Origin: Octopus sinensis
Lineage: Eukaryota
Assembly: GCF_006345805.1 (NCBI RefSeq)
Contig: NC_043003.1
Coordinates: 40,424,001 to 40,488,000 of the forward strand
DNA: 64,000 nucleotides
Reading direction: 5' to 3'
This document shows, piece by piece, positions 13,201 to 26,957 of this stretch. A program made the translations under genes and the position numbers. The notes under the pieces were generated by a model. The model was not told where the DNA came from. It made no database searches and was given only the letters and a program-made list of their open reading frames with translations. How positions within the stretch are numbered: the first letter of the stretch is position 1; each line of letters starts with the position of its first letter.

Positions 13201-13615
13201 CTGGGGTGATTCAATCCTCGAGATGTATGACCAATCCAGCTGTAATTCTCCTGATGGGTAAATCCGAGGTCACTCTCATGGATTATTAATGTTTTCGGGA
13301 GTGTAAAGCAGAATACGCGGCGTTGCATATGCAACTGTACATATAATGTGCAGTAGAAACAAGTAATTATAGTGTATGACTAACTGTTAAATTAAAAGAA
13401 AAATTTAAAGATGTACCAGTCCTCGTAATCGTTGTAATTGTTTGGTATATGTGAGTGTTTGCGTATGTATACACAGATAGATAGACACACACATGTTGCA
13501 CATACATACATAAATACATACATACATACATACATACATACATACATACATGCATGCATGCATGCATGCATACATACATACATACATACATACATACATA
13601 CATACATACATACAT

Positions 13616-14140
13616 GGTGGCTGCCCCCTCGTTATCGAGTATGGCCATTGCACGAAGCTTAATCAATGTTGTTATCGTGCAATGCCTGTGCAAGAAGACT
13701 TTTTTTAAGTGAGGAAAGGCTGTGCACTGAGTCAATCCCGCTCACTAAGCAACAGCAGTCATAATCCGAAAAGAAGAACAAGTCAACATCATCGGTAACA
13801 CTGAGCCGCAAGTTTTATGTCAGAGTTATCCCAGTTACCTGAGTTACCTTCTCCTAGAAGGATGCCCTAACAAAGCTAGGAGTCCTTCACTCCCAATGGT
13901 TTAAAACCGCGCGATCGGGTATTCAGTCCGATTATTTCTATGTCTCCGCGCATGATACAGTCTTAAGACATTTATTGGATGGCCGTTGACTCTCAAGAGT
14001 TCCTCCGCCCTTTGACGGGTTTTGTTTTTCATCCCGCATGGTGTCCAATAAACACCCTCCTCACCAAGCAAGCTTGGTGGGGTTGCCGGTTTAGTCGCCA
14101 ACGACCTGACCATGCAACAGGTTGTACTGGGTTACATTCA
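13616..14140 (-). mobile_element. ~525-bp non-autonomous element, RTE-5'UTR-like, (ATGT)n-flanked, copy 1
   Basis: Minus strand carries 'ctagc(c)tttgttagggcatccttctaggagaaggtaactc', resembling RTE-clade 5' UTRs. Bounded by (TACA)n. Near-identical to 14216-14740. Confidence 0.6.
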
Positions 14141-14215
14141 TACATACATACATACATACATACATACATACATCATACATACATACATACATACATACAT
14201 ACATACATACATACA

Positions 14216-14740
14216 TGTGGCTGCCCCCTCGTTATCGAGTATGGCCATTGCACGAAGCTTAATCAATGTTGTTATCGTGCAATGCCTGTGCAAGAAGACT
14301 TTTTTTAAGTGAGGAAAGGCTGTGCACTGAGTCAATCCCGCTCACTAAGCAACATCAGTCATAATCCGAAAAGAAGAACAAGTCAACATCATCGGTAACC
14401 ACTGAGCCGCAAGTTTTATGTCAGAGTTATCCCAGTTACCTGAGTTACCTTCTCCTAGAAGGATGCCCTAACAAAGGCTAGGAGTCCGTCACTCCCAATG
14501 GTTTAACCGCGCGATCGGGTATTCAGTCCGATTATTTCTATGTCTCCGCGCATGATACAGTCTTAAGACATTTATTGGATGGCCGTTGACTCTCAAGAGT
14601 TCCTCCGCCCTTTGACGGGTTTTGTTTTTCATCCCGCATGGTGTCCAATAAACACCCTCCTCACCAAGCAAGCTTGGTGGGGTTGCCGGTTTAGTCGCCA
14701 ACGACCTGACCATGCAACAGGTTGTACTGGGTTACATTCA
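14216..14740 (-). mobile_element. same element, tandem copy 2
   Basis: Direct repeat at ~600-bp period with a few substitutions and small indels. Confidence 0.6.
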
Positions 14741-14814
14741 TACATACATACATACATACATACATACATACATACATACACATACATACATACATACATA
14801 CATACATACATGTT

Positions 14815-15070
14815 CCTTCTCGAGCCATACTTGGCTCATTAAGGCCGGTTTCCCGGTTTCCTTGAACGAGACGCCGGTCCGTCGCAGGTGAGCTGCCAGA
14901 TCCAGGAGGAAAGAGTGAGAGAAAGTTGTGTCGAAAGAGTCAGCAGAAGTTCTACATTACCTTCTGCCGGAGCTGCGTGGAGCTTAGGTACTTCGCTCAT
15001 AAACACACATTCGATCCCGCGATCCTTTGACCGCGAGTCCGCCGCTCTAACCACTAGGTCATGTGCCTCC
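14815..15070 (-). mobile_element. tRNA(Arg)-like SINE family D
   Basis: Head 'ggaggcacatgacctagtggttagagcggcggactcgcggtc', with a TCG triplet at the anticodon-like position. Confidence 0.75.
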
Positions 15071-15102
15071 ATATATACATACATATGTATGTGTATATAT
15101 AT

Positions 15103-15144
<42 letters not shown>

Positions 15145-15446
15145 TGTATGTGTGTGTGTTTATGTATGTATATTATATACTTACACACTGCCACGTATAT
15201 ACATATATGCATCTTTAAATCTGCTCATGATGCCATCGCTACGATCTCTACCAATGCAACAAAGATTACCATCTCCACATTTACAATAACTACAACAAGA
15301 CTCCGAATGTCATCAATAGCACCGAAGTGAATAACCTACAGCGCACCAGATACACTCCACACCGTGCATAATGTTCTTATCTGTTGCTCTTTATACTACA
15401 CTTGAAGATCGTAATGCTCCAGCTGGTGCTGGAACCGCTGCAGCTG

Positions 15447-15484
<38 letters not shown>

Positions 15485-16742
15485 GGTGATGATGTTGATG
15501 ATGATGATGATGATGATGATGACGATGATGATGATGATGATAGTTACAAGGGTAAAGTTAACTGTGAAGGTAATACTTCTTCTGCAAGAGTTGGATGATG
15601 GTATTTCTGCAGAAATACTAAAGATAATGAGAACAAATGATGATGATGATGATGATGATGATGATATGATGATGGTGGTGTGGTGTTGATGATGATGGTG
15701 ATGATGATGGTGATGGTGATAATGATGGTGATGATGATGATGATGAAGATGAAGATGATGATCTGTGCGTTTTGTCAATTTGATCTTTATTGGCAATTTT
15801 CTACTTGATTACTATTTATTGATTGGTTTATCAGGTACATACATACGCACACAGACGCACATACATGCATTCATATATACATACATACATACATATTTGC
15901 ACACATAAATGCGTACGCACGTGCACTTATACGTACATTCATACGTGCATATATTCATATATAAATATATATGTAAATACATATACAAACATATATTCAC
16001 ACATATGTTCATACATTCATTTATACATACATTAATATACACACACATGTACGTGACATATAAATATATACATGCATATGTATATATATATATATACATA
16101 AAAATTTGTATGTTTACATGTATATAAATATGTATATGTATGGATGTGTGTATAAGTATGCATACACACACACATACATATATATATGGTTTACAGATCA
16201 AATTGCGGTAGTATCAACAAAGGAATTACTCCATTTAGTGAGAGATAAATATCAATTTAATACACAATTTCAAAAGAGCCACTAATAGTTTCATGCTTTA
16301 CGACACCCCAAATTGGGAGATTTATAAATCACGCCATGTATGCAGATATTTTGGAATGTGCGTTGTAATGTGTGTCTGTATGTATAGGTAGTTATGTAGA
16401 CACCAAACTAAGAAGTTTGTTTCTGAATCTCAAAGTTCCAAAGTACCAATCTCAAGGTACCAAGTTTGATGCCGCTGTAAGATTGTTCGGGTACCTGTCT
16501 TGGGTCGATTCATTCCTTGCGAGTGAAACTCTGTAGAAGGAAACTACCTAAAAACTATCGGATGAATTGTGCCTATAATTAAAAGGTCCCTTCGTGTCGC
16601 ACATCGCGTAGCGCTTACTGTCTTTCTGAATTACGTTAATAGAACACGTGTCTCTAGAATTCTCAGCTACTGACCACGATAATTCATAGTCCAGCATTTG
16701 ACAGATGATCCATTTTGATAATGCATACATAAATTGCATCTA

Positions 16743-16887
16743 GAGCTGCGTGGTAAAAAGTTTGCTTCCCAACCACAGGGTTATGAGTTCATTCCCACTG
16801 CGTGGAATAGTTGACAATTGTTTTCTACTATAGCTTTGAAGCTACTAGGGCTTGTGAGTAGTAGAGGGAAGCTGAAAGAAGCCCGTC

Positions 16888-16945
<58 letters not shown>

Positions 16946-17032
16946 TTATATATATATATATATATATATGTAATATATATATATATATAATATATAATAT
17001 ATATATATATATATATGTATACATATATATAT

Positions 17033-17074
<42 letters not shown>

Positions 17075-17281
17075 TGTATATATATGTATATTATATATAT
17101 ACATATATACATATATATATATACATAATATATATATATAATATATATATATTATATATATGTATATAATATATATATATATATATCTATATATATATAT
17201 ATATACACACATACATATATATATATACATATATATATATATATGTATATATATGTATATATATATACGTATATATATATG

Positions 17282-17318
<37 letters not shown>

Positions 17319-17600
17319 TGTATATATATACACATACATAATACACATATACATATATACGTATATACATACATATATATATACACACATACATATGTTT
17401 GTATGCATGTATGAATGTATCTGTGTGTATTTCTCTGTATTTGTTTCCGCACCATACCTCTTCACAACTTGTATTAGTTTGTCTCCGTCTCTGTAATTCG
17501 ACGGTTTGGTCAAAGACGTCGACAGAGTAGCTAACTAGTTGGTACTAAAATCCTTCAAGGCGGTGCTTCATATGGTCGCTGTCCGATAGTGTAACAAGTA
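16743..17600 (+). mobile_element. SINE family A with greatly expanded internal (TA)n
   Basis: Head at 16743-16887, ~520-bp TA-rich centre, tail to ~17600. Confidence 0.75.
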
Positions 17601-17859
17601 AAAGATAGAATAATAGATAAATGATATAAGGACATATGGTGTTTTGGGTACATTTGTTTCTCTTCAATAGTGCGTGTGGTGGTTGTATGCTCCGTAGTGG
17701 CCATTCGGATAGTGAGCTTCTTATGTTAGGGACGTGGGGTTGTGATAGTAGTAACGATGATGATGAAAATAACTTGGAAGTTGTTGTGATTGCAGTGGAA
17801 AAAAGGCATGTATGAGAGACTAGAAGGGATAAAATGATAGTAGATCTAAATTGATGATT

Positions 17860-19700
17860 TCCGATTGGAAGATTGACAAAAGTAATCAAGTAATAAGATT
17901 GGAAGAAAATTTCAGAAAAAAATGTTCAAAATATACATAAAGACATTAAAGTAGGTTAAGAAAATATTTTTCTAATCTTCTTTATCTCTACTTTGCTTTA
18001 CTTTACTTTATCCTCACCTATATCTCTAGTGATTTTTATATTTTCCTAGCCTATCCTCTTTTTCCGATATATAAGTTTACATGGAAAGGAGAAGTTATAA
18101 ATTGTATGAATGTTATCACAAAAAAATCGCTGGCGTAGCTTTATTTACATAAATGGTAGAGATGAACATGCTAGAAATCTTAAAGAAAGAATTTTAGAAA
18201 ATAGCTATCAAGACGTGTCCACATTTAAGTCGTGAGCAAGTAAATATGCTTACATATGGAAAAAAGTATTTGAAGATTTACCTCTTAGGAAAAAATGCTT
18301 AGAGGACTATGATTCGTGATTAGCAAAATTACCAGAGAGAATTGAGAGGCATTCAGACTATAATTATAGTTAAAACATACATAAGGAATAACTAAATATT
18401 GAGTTAAACGAATCGAAGTATATAAAAACTTTTTAAAACTAAGACAACGACTCCATGCAAAATTTTAAAGGATGAAATTCAATAGGTAAATTAAATTAAA
18501 ACTAATTAATAAGAATGATTATAAATGTATATAATATTAAGTTATAGGTTTGGGAATAAAATCATATTGCCTTAATAATTGTAATTTACGATGTAATTTT
18601 GTTAAAAATTTGTTAATAGTCTATTGAGATGTGAGTTATGGCTATCAGGGAGAAATATGATATATTCAACAGCTGTAAATATTTTTTTTTAAGACAGGGG
18701 AAGCTAATGAGAACTGTGCTGGAATGTCTAGTGGAAGCTGGCAGCAGAAGCAATTGGAGGTACATTTTTGCTTCATTTTCAGGTTATCTACACATTAAAG
18801 AAAGTGAATGTGGAATTGACAAGAAACTGGAGATGACTGATGAAACATCCAAAGGAAGCTGATGACAACAGTAGAGGATCTAATTTTGACACATCTCAAC
18901 AGGATGGAATATGTGCAACTAAAGATTAATACCAGTTTTATAATGGTCCTATATTGATGGAAAATCTGATAGAGGCTGGTGACAACTGTGCCATCTAAGG
19001 CTGTGGCTGTGTGATGACCTGTGAAACAAAAGTGATAATAAGCTGGAAGTATATAATCTTATAATGGATTTTAAGATACGATAAAAACACAATATTCTTA
19101 ACAACACAATCGCATTAGATAACTTGAAGAAACAACTCTAATAAGATAAACAGTAGAAAAAACCAAGAAAAAATTATAAAAATCCTGGCGGGTAATGCAA
19201 AAACCTTATAGATAAGACAAATCATATAAAGGAAAATAAAAATGCTTAACCATACAAGGAAATGATAATAAAGAATTCTATATTGCTATGAAGTTATATG
19301 ACGGTAAAAATTTGGGTGGAAAGGACAATAATATTCATGAATGCATAATGTGTGCATAGACAGGCGGTTATAAAGATCAGAATAGATGTTTAAAGTGAAA
19401 ATGTACAGAAGTTATATGATTGCTAGTAAGATCAAAAAATTGAAGTGATATGGTCTCTTATCAAACAATGATGTAATGTCAGAAGCAAGTCTATATTATT
19501 GGGTTTTAAAAATACATTTTCAGCGTAAGTGGGTACTTTTTAATGTACAAATGCATAACAAAAGGAAGGCAAAAATCTCTAAATGTGATATGAAATTAAA
19601 AGGGAAGTCCATTATTAATGAATATGTAAAGAAGTAGTCTTTAGAAGATAGATCTGGGATGTGAATGGAAGACTGAGAGCGTATAAGAATTATAGACCTA
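17860..19700 (+). mobile_element. highly decayed L1/Tx1-like LINE remnant
   Basis: Scattered in-order motif relics such as 'IEM*VMAIRE', 'ADD' and 'KFGWKG' in A-rich plus-strand sequence. No open frame. Confidence 0.35.
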
Positions 19701-19880
19701 ACTTAGTTATATGCGTGTACTGACGATATATAAGTAGGTGAGATTGGAAGCCGACATTATGTGGCGATTAAATTTAGAGTATGGTAGGAGGTGCGTGTTG
19801 GTGGTGGTGTGCATTAATTTAAGAATTAGTCACTTTGGTAAATAGATATTAAATAAATAGTTAATATAGTTTTATATCGT

Positions 19881-20100
19881 GAGGCAGCGAGATGGCAGCG
19901 TCGTTAGCATTCAGGACGAAATTCTTAGTGGTATTTCGTTTCGTCCGTCTTTATAATCTGAGTTCAAATTCCGCCGTGGTCGACTTGCCTTTCATCCTTT
20001 CGAAGTCGACAAAAATAAGTACCAGTTGAACATTGGGGTAGGTGTAATCGACTTACCATCCCAACCCGAACTTGCTGGCTTTGTGCCAAAATTTGAAACC
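19881..20100 (+). mobile_element. SINE family B, full length
   Basis: Head 'gaggcagcgagatggcagcgtcgttagc...ctgagttcaaattccgcc', central core, and tail 'ttgtgccaaaatttgaaacc'. Confidence 0.85.
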
Positions 20101-20208
20101 ATTATGTATCTAAGTTACTTCAATAGGGTTTCGAAACAACACGAATAGAGCTAGAATAATTAATCCTGCCTTCTTTCCACTTTTATTTGTTTGTTAACGC
20201 TATAGAAC

Positions 20209-20247
<39 letters not shown>

Positions 20248-20340
20248 ATACATGCATGTATATATATATGCTTGTATGAATGCATATGTATATGCAGTAA
20301 TGTATATATACACACATATGTCTATATACATATATATATA

Positions 20341-20487
20341 TTAATTGTTATCGCCATATTAATATGACATTCTTATAGATATAAGAATAATCGCTGCCGC
20401 TGGTCAGCTCCATGAGGCTACCGCCTTAAGATAGCTATTGATACACGATCTATAAAAATGCCATATTAATATGGCGATAACAATTAA
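20341..20487. mobile_element. MITE with 40-bp terminal inverted repeats and TTAA ends
   Basis: 'ttaattgttatcgccatattaatatgacattcttatagat' matches the reverse complement of 20448-20487 with two mismatches. Confidence 0.75.
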
Positions 20488-20864
20488 TTTCCAGTAAACG
20501 CTGCCGTAATCTCTTTTATAGAGACTTAGTAATTTTAATATTTCTATCATATATATATAGTCAGATAGAAATATGTACCTGTTTGAATGCATGTCTATAT
20601 AAATATGTGTGCATATGCGCGTATGCGTGCGTGCGTGTGTGCGCTCGTGTGTGTGTGCACGCATTTGTGTACATATATACTTTTAAATTAAAAAAAATAT
20701 TTCTTTTAAACATATGAACATAGAATCTCCAGCACATCAAACTATGATCAACATATTTCAGATTTCAAAAATTTCTAAAATTCTCTTACGTTATAAGGTG
20801 ACATTGAGTTCTTAATTGAAGTTTATGAGACTTTTTATTCTAAAGAACAATCACTCTCTCATAT

Positions 20865-21343
20865 ATTCTTTTCTACTCTAGGTACAAGGCCGGAAAATTT
20901 GGGGGAGGGAGGAAGTCGATTAGATCAACCCTAGTACGCAACTGGTACTTAATTTGTCGACCTCGAAAGGATGAAAGGCAAAGTCGACCTCGGCGGAATT
21001 TGAACTCACAACGTAAAGACACAAAATATCTATTTCTTTACTGCCCACAAGAGGCTACACACAGAGGAGACAAACGGATTAAGTCGATTACATCGACCCC
21101 AGTGCGTAAATGGTACTTATTTAATCGACCCCGAAAGGATGAAAGGCAAAGTCGACCTCGGCGGAATTTGAACTCAAAACATAGCGGCAGACGAAATACC
21201 TATTTCTTTACTACCCATAAGGGACTAAACATAGAGAGGACAAACAAGGAGAGACAAACGGATTAAGTCGATTATATAGACCCCAGTGCGTAACTGGTAC
21301 TTAATTTATCGACCCCGAAACGATTCTGCCAACTCTCCGCCTT
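20865..21343 (-). mobile_element. SINE family B multimer
   Basis: Same reiterated units and junction ('gaaatacctatttctttactaccc') as 1650-2222. Confidence 0.85.
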
Positions 21344-21564
21344 CATGCTCTCATATATTAGGAACTCTCGTTTAGACCACTTTATTTACAACAGCTAAAT
21401 TATGATGAACAACAAATAGCCCTCTCTATTAAAAATCATCGCGTTCATTCTGAAGAAAAACGACTCAAAATGTCTAATGCTGAAAACAGCTAATTTCATC
21501 AAAGCATTAATGTGACGAACGTTTTTCTGCAAAAGATAAATAGAAAATAATAATATTCCTTTCG

Positions 21565-21770
21565 ATTATAAGCACAAAAACTGAAATTTTGGGGGAATAG
21601 GCTAGTCGGTTACATCGATCCTAGTACTTAACTGGTACCTATTTTATTGACCCGAAAGTATAAAAAGCAAAGTCGACCTTGGTGGAATTTGAAGTCAGAT
21701 GGAGAAAATAGACGAAATGCCGCCGAGTAATTTTTTGTCCGTCATGCTAAAGATTCTGCCTGTTTTCTAC
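21565..21770 (-). mobile_element. SINE family B
   Basis: Family core on the minus strand. Confidence 0.75.
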
Positions 21771-21781
21771 CTTAAATACTG

Positions 21782-21843
<62 letters not shown>

Positions 21844-21856
21844 GATAATAATACTG

Positions 21857-21901
<45 letters not shown>

Positions 21902-21903
<2 letters not shown>

Positions 21904-22398
21904 GTTATCATGTACATTGTTTTGTCTTGGTATAAAAGATGGGCTACAGCAAATATTCTGCTCAATACCACAGATTTGCTTGTCAGTTGTTTGACCTTAA
22001 CCAGTTGAGCATGTCCCTTAGTGGCTGACGATATGTGCATCTCTGATCACGAGCAGAAGTAGTGGGGGAGCATCATAGCCATGTGTTGAGAGGGATTCTT
22101 TGGGGTTTGAATAATTCACCTCTGGAAACATGGGTGTTTCGTTCAACGTCCTTAAACAACCCTTATTCAGGGACCTTTTGAGCGGGATGGGTTACTCGAT
22201 CTGAAGAAAATTCTAACTGGGCTCCACCTGCAAGGTCATGTGCTGTTTATCTTGATATGAGATCACCATGTCGCGCACATATGGTTGTGATGCATGTGCC
22301 TGGTGTACCCTTATCAGACGGGTAGTCATGATGGGTATACTGGGCTTCGTATATTTTACCCCAGTGTCACTTTGATGGCATGCTCTGCTCGCTCACTC
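21902..22398 (+). mobile_element. (AAT)n-associated ~520-bp element family C, 5'-truncated
   Basis: Flanked by (AAT)n on both sides and ends '...ctcactcaataataat'. Confidence 0.85.
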
Positions 22399-22416
22399 AA
22401 TAATAATAATAATAAA

Positions 22417-22937
22417 GCCCTGATGCAGTACCAGGCAGTGGCTCACGTGGCTTCTGATCTTAATTGATTGGAAGTGTTATCATGTACATTGTTTTTTCTT
22501 GATATAACAGATGGGCTACAACAAATATTCTGCTCAATACCACAGATTTGCTTGTCAGTTGTTTGACCATAACCAGTTGAGCATGTTCTTTAGTGGCTTA
22601 CAATAAGTGTATCTCTGATCACGAGCAGAAGTAGTAGGGGAACATCATTACCATGTGGTTAGAGGAATTCTTTGGGGTTTGGATAATTCGTCTCTGGTAA
22701 CATGAGTATTTCCTTCATCATCCTTAAACAACCCTTATTCAGGGACCTTTTGAGTTGAATGGGCTACTCGACCTTATGAAAATTATGAGCCCCACCTGCA
22801 TGTTCATGCGCTGTTTATCTTGATATGAGATTACCATGTCGTGCACATATGGTTGTGATGCATGTGCTTGGTGTACCCTGATCAGACGTGTATTTTACTC
22901 CAGTGTCACTTTGATGGCATAGCCTGCTTTCTCACTC
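22417..22937 (+). mobile_element. element family C, full length
   Basis: Starts 'gccctgatgcagtaccaggcagtggctc' and ends in (AAT)n. Confidence 0.85.
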
Positions 22938-22964
22938 AATAATAATAATGATAGTAATAATAAT

Positions 22965-23170
22965 AATTTTGGCACAAGACCAGTAATTCCGGGGAGGAGA
23001 CAAATCGATTATATCGATCCCAGTGCTCAACTGGTAATTATTATATCGACTTCGAAATGATGAAAGGCAAAGTCGATCTCGGTGGAATTTGAATTCAGAA
23101 CGTAAAAGCGGACGAAATGCCTCTAAATATTTTGTCCGGCATGCTAACAATTTTGCCAGATTCTCGCCTT
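22965..23170 (-). mobile_element. SINE family B
   Basis: Family core and head. Confidence 0.8.
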
Positions 23171-23646
23171 AAATACTAATTCTAATAGTACTATTAATAA
23201 TGATCGCAAATATGGCTTAAAGTCTAAATGCTCTTCTCTAAATAAGCTTCTCCGCCTGAAGATAACATATTTGTATTAATTATGAATGTTAAATTAAGAA
23301 GATACAAAAATACATCCCATGATTTATTAAACGTTAATAGACAAAACAAAGTGAAAAATAGCAATGAAATATTGGTTATTAATATTAATTTTTAAATAGT
23401 TCACTTCATACTATTTTTATGACGGATAATATATCTTCCAGTAAATTGTAATTTATAGTACATTGATACAGTATAATTTGTAGGTTTAGAAAGAATTTTT
23501 CTATCGCTAGCCGACTCTCAGCATTAAGCAATTGCATCAATCAACTTAAATATATATCCATGCATTTATTGTTTCAATGTAATTATTGTTTTTTATAGAG
23601 GAATAGTTAATATTTTCGTTATGTTGTTGTTGGTAGATCGGGAGAC

Positions 23647-24185
23647 AAGGCGGCGAGCTGGTAGAATCGTTAGCACGTCGGTCAAAATGCTTAGCGGCAT
23701 TTCGTCCGTTTTTACCTTCTGAGTTCAAATGCCACCGGGGTCGACTTTGCCTTTCATCATTTCGAGGTCGATAAAATAAGTACCATTTGAACACTGCGAT
23801 CGCTGTAATCGACTTACCTCTTTCCTGGAATTACTGGCCTTGTACTAAAATTAGCATTATCATAATTTGGATTGAATTGCATTTTATTTCATCTTCTGTC
23901 CGGATCTCAACCAAAAATTCATTCGGGATCGATAAAAGAAGAACCAGTCGAGCACTGGAACCGATATAATTACTTGCCTTGTGCCAAAATTAGAAACCAT
24001 TATCATTAAATAGGTAGACAAGGTAGAGTGTAAGCAGAATCGTTACCACCCTGAAAAAATATTTAGCAGCATTTCTTACGGCTTTACGTTCTGAGTTCAA
24101 ATTCCGTCGAGGTTGATTTTGCTTTTCATCCATTCGGGGGTCCATAAAATAAGTACCAGCTGAACAATGAGGTCGATGTAATGCA
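23647..24185 (+). mobile_element. cluster of SINE family B copies
   Basis: Heads or cores at ~23647, ~23870 and ~24020. Confidence 0.75.
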
Positions 24186-24249
24186 GTGGATAATCATCGG
24201 TTAATCTCCTGTCTACCCTTAATGTAGAAGTTAATGACAGGAATAATAT

Positions 24250-26231
24250 CTTATTGTGTGCATAATTTCCTGGAAATGAACGACAAGCTGCCACTGGAAC
24301 AGAAGGGATGCAAGGGGCAAAAGCCGAGGGACAAAGGATCAACTTCTGATTGACAGAATGGTGCTGAACGACTCTAAGAAAAGACATTCTAATATGAGTA
24401 TGGTGTGGATCGATTATAAGAAAGCATATGACATGGTTCAACATTCTTGGATTTTAGAAAGGCTTGAGTTCGTACAGGTGTCTGATAACATTCTAAATCT
24501 TATCAGATCAATGGAGAACCAGAATACAATGCTAATATCAAGTGGAGAATTTTTGACGAATTTTTGACATCAGGAGAGACATTGCTGTGATTTGTGTGAT
24601 ACTCCTCACATAGATATTATGGAAAGTGATATCGGGATATACCTTGAAAAATGAAGGAAAATTAAGATACCTGTTATATATGGATGGCTTAAAAATCTTT
24701 GGGAAGAGTGAACGTGAAATAAATGGTCTGGTTTTAAGAGTGCAAATATTCAGTCAGGATATCGGGATGGAGTTTGGGATTAAAATGTGTGGCATGCTCA
24801 TCATAAAAAAGGCATAGTAGAGTTATCTGATGGTGTAGAACTGCCCAACAGCGAGAGAATCAAGGATGTTGATATGAGTGGATATGAGTATTTGGGTATT
24901 TTGGAGTTTAACAAAATCAAGGACAGTGAGATGAAGAAAAGCTTTAGACAGAATAATTCTGAAGAACCAAATTAATTGTGGAGAGTAGACTCAGTGGAAG
25001 GAACAAGATCGGGACAATGAATACATGGGCTGTCTTCTTAATGCGATACGGGACATGTGTTGTTAGGTGGACAAAAAACGAGCCAGAAGAAATGGATAGA
25101 AAAACCAGCAAAGTGATGACAATGAACAAGGAAATGCACCTTAAAAACAATATCGATAGACTGTATGTGCCTAGATACAAAGGAACAAGAAGTCTCATAG
25201 GATTCAAGATACGTTTTGTCAACGAGGAAAACAGTCAAACAGCAGAATGAACCTTTGCTTGTTGCTGTTCGAAATAGCAACATGACATATAGTAAAAATA
25301 TGATACACCAAAAAACATTAAAAAAACTAGATGGGGAACAAAGATTGAACAACTGGAAAATGAAAGCAACGCATGGTCAATACCTCAGAAAAAGGAAAAG
25401 AAAAGACGAGACCAACACCAGGCGGTGTCTAAGGAAAAGTGATCTGAAAGGCTGCTGCACTGAAGCATTGATTGAGGCAACGCCAGGAACAAGCTCTGAG
25501 AAATAGATAAGGAGAGTGAAATACCTCCGTTGTAGGGTGTGTAGTAGCAAAAACGAAACAGTCTCACATATTGTGAGTGAATGCAGCAAGTTGTCTCAAA
25601 AAGAATTCTAAAGGAGGCATGATAACTTAGCTAAGTTTTTTCACTGGAGATTGTGTGAAAAGTACGATCTTGAAAGAACACATGGATGGTACGAGCATAA
25701 ACCAGAAGGCGTCACCGAGAAAAATGGTATAGGCACACACCAGAAAAGGTCACAGAAAATGAGAAAGCAACCATACACTGGGATATGTGAATACACATAG
25801 ATAGAGAAATTAAGGCCAATAGGCCAGATATAGTTGTCAGAGATCTCCAAGATAAAAAAAATGCTTTCTAATCGATGTATCAATAACAACAGATGACAAC
25901 GTTTGTCTAAAAGAAACGGAGAAACTTTCAAAATACAAAGATCTGGAAATAGGTGTAACTCGAATGTGGAACCTAAAAATAGAAACAATTCCTATCACTG
26001 TAGGTGCATTTGGTATGATAAAAAAAAAACATTGAGACAATTACATAGCAAAAACAACAGGACAAGTATATATAACACAGAAAATAGCACTACTAGGCAC
26101 CGCACACATCCTACGTAAAACACTTTCAATACAGTAACAATAAGAGCATCACAACAAACGGCAGCACATACCCAAGGTACACAGAACCGCGCTCGGTAGT
26201 GCAGTGAAAGCACGTGATAAAAATAAGACTA

Positions 26232-26234
<3 letters not shown>
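24250..26234 (+). mobile_element. decayed R4/Dong-clade non-LTR retrotransposon (RT, zinc knuckle, RLE, 3' UTR), chimeric
   Basis: Motifs in order: [29 protein letters not shown](G)LKIF, GMEFGIKMC, YEYLGILE, CRVC...ETVSHIVSEC, RHD, RPDIVV, KYKDL. Followed by (AAT)n. Many stops and frameshifts. Confidence 0.92.
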
Positions 26235-26294
<60 letters not shown>

Positions 26295-26894
26295 TACTTA
26301 GTGCTAGTAGTAGTAATATAGTAGCTATTTTCAAATATTTTAGGGATATAATTTATATTTGCTGTATGGGCTGTTGGAACAAATAAATTGCAAAAAGATG
26401 TACATTCACACACAAACATGCACACTCATAGATACATGCACACACATACATCCATGCACACACATATCGTGTACGCCTCTGTGTGTGTTTCTTTTTGGTT
26501 TACTTAGTGGTGTACAAACATCGAAGTATGTGTGCTTGTGTGCATGTGTGTGTGTGAGTGTGTGCCTCAGTATATGTATGTATGTGTGTAACTCTGTGTG
26601 TGTGTATATGTGTGTGTGTGTACGTGTTTGTGTTTGTGTTCGTGTGTATGTATACGTACGAGTGTGTGGGTATTGTTGGAGGTGTGCGTTTGTCTGTGCA
26701 TATCAGAATGTGAGAGTGTACGTACATACATCCAAGTGCATACACACGCACACATACACATATTTATATATGTATATATATACATTCATTTTTTGTGTGC
26801 ATGTATGTATACTGACGATATAAGAAACAACAATAATAATAAAATCAGCGTGAACTACGGCAATAACATCTTAACAAGTAGACAACGTTAAAAC

Positions 26895-26957
<63 letters not shown>

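Noticed and set aside
15371-15598. Acidic poly-Asp ORF
   Set aside because: It is a (GAT)n microsatellite.
16270-16300. Minus-strand 'gcatGAAACtattag' hammerhead half
   Set aside because: No CTGANGA box nearby, so too incomplete to call.
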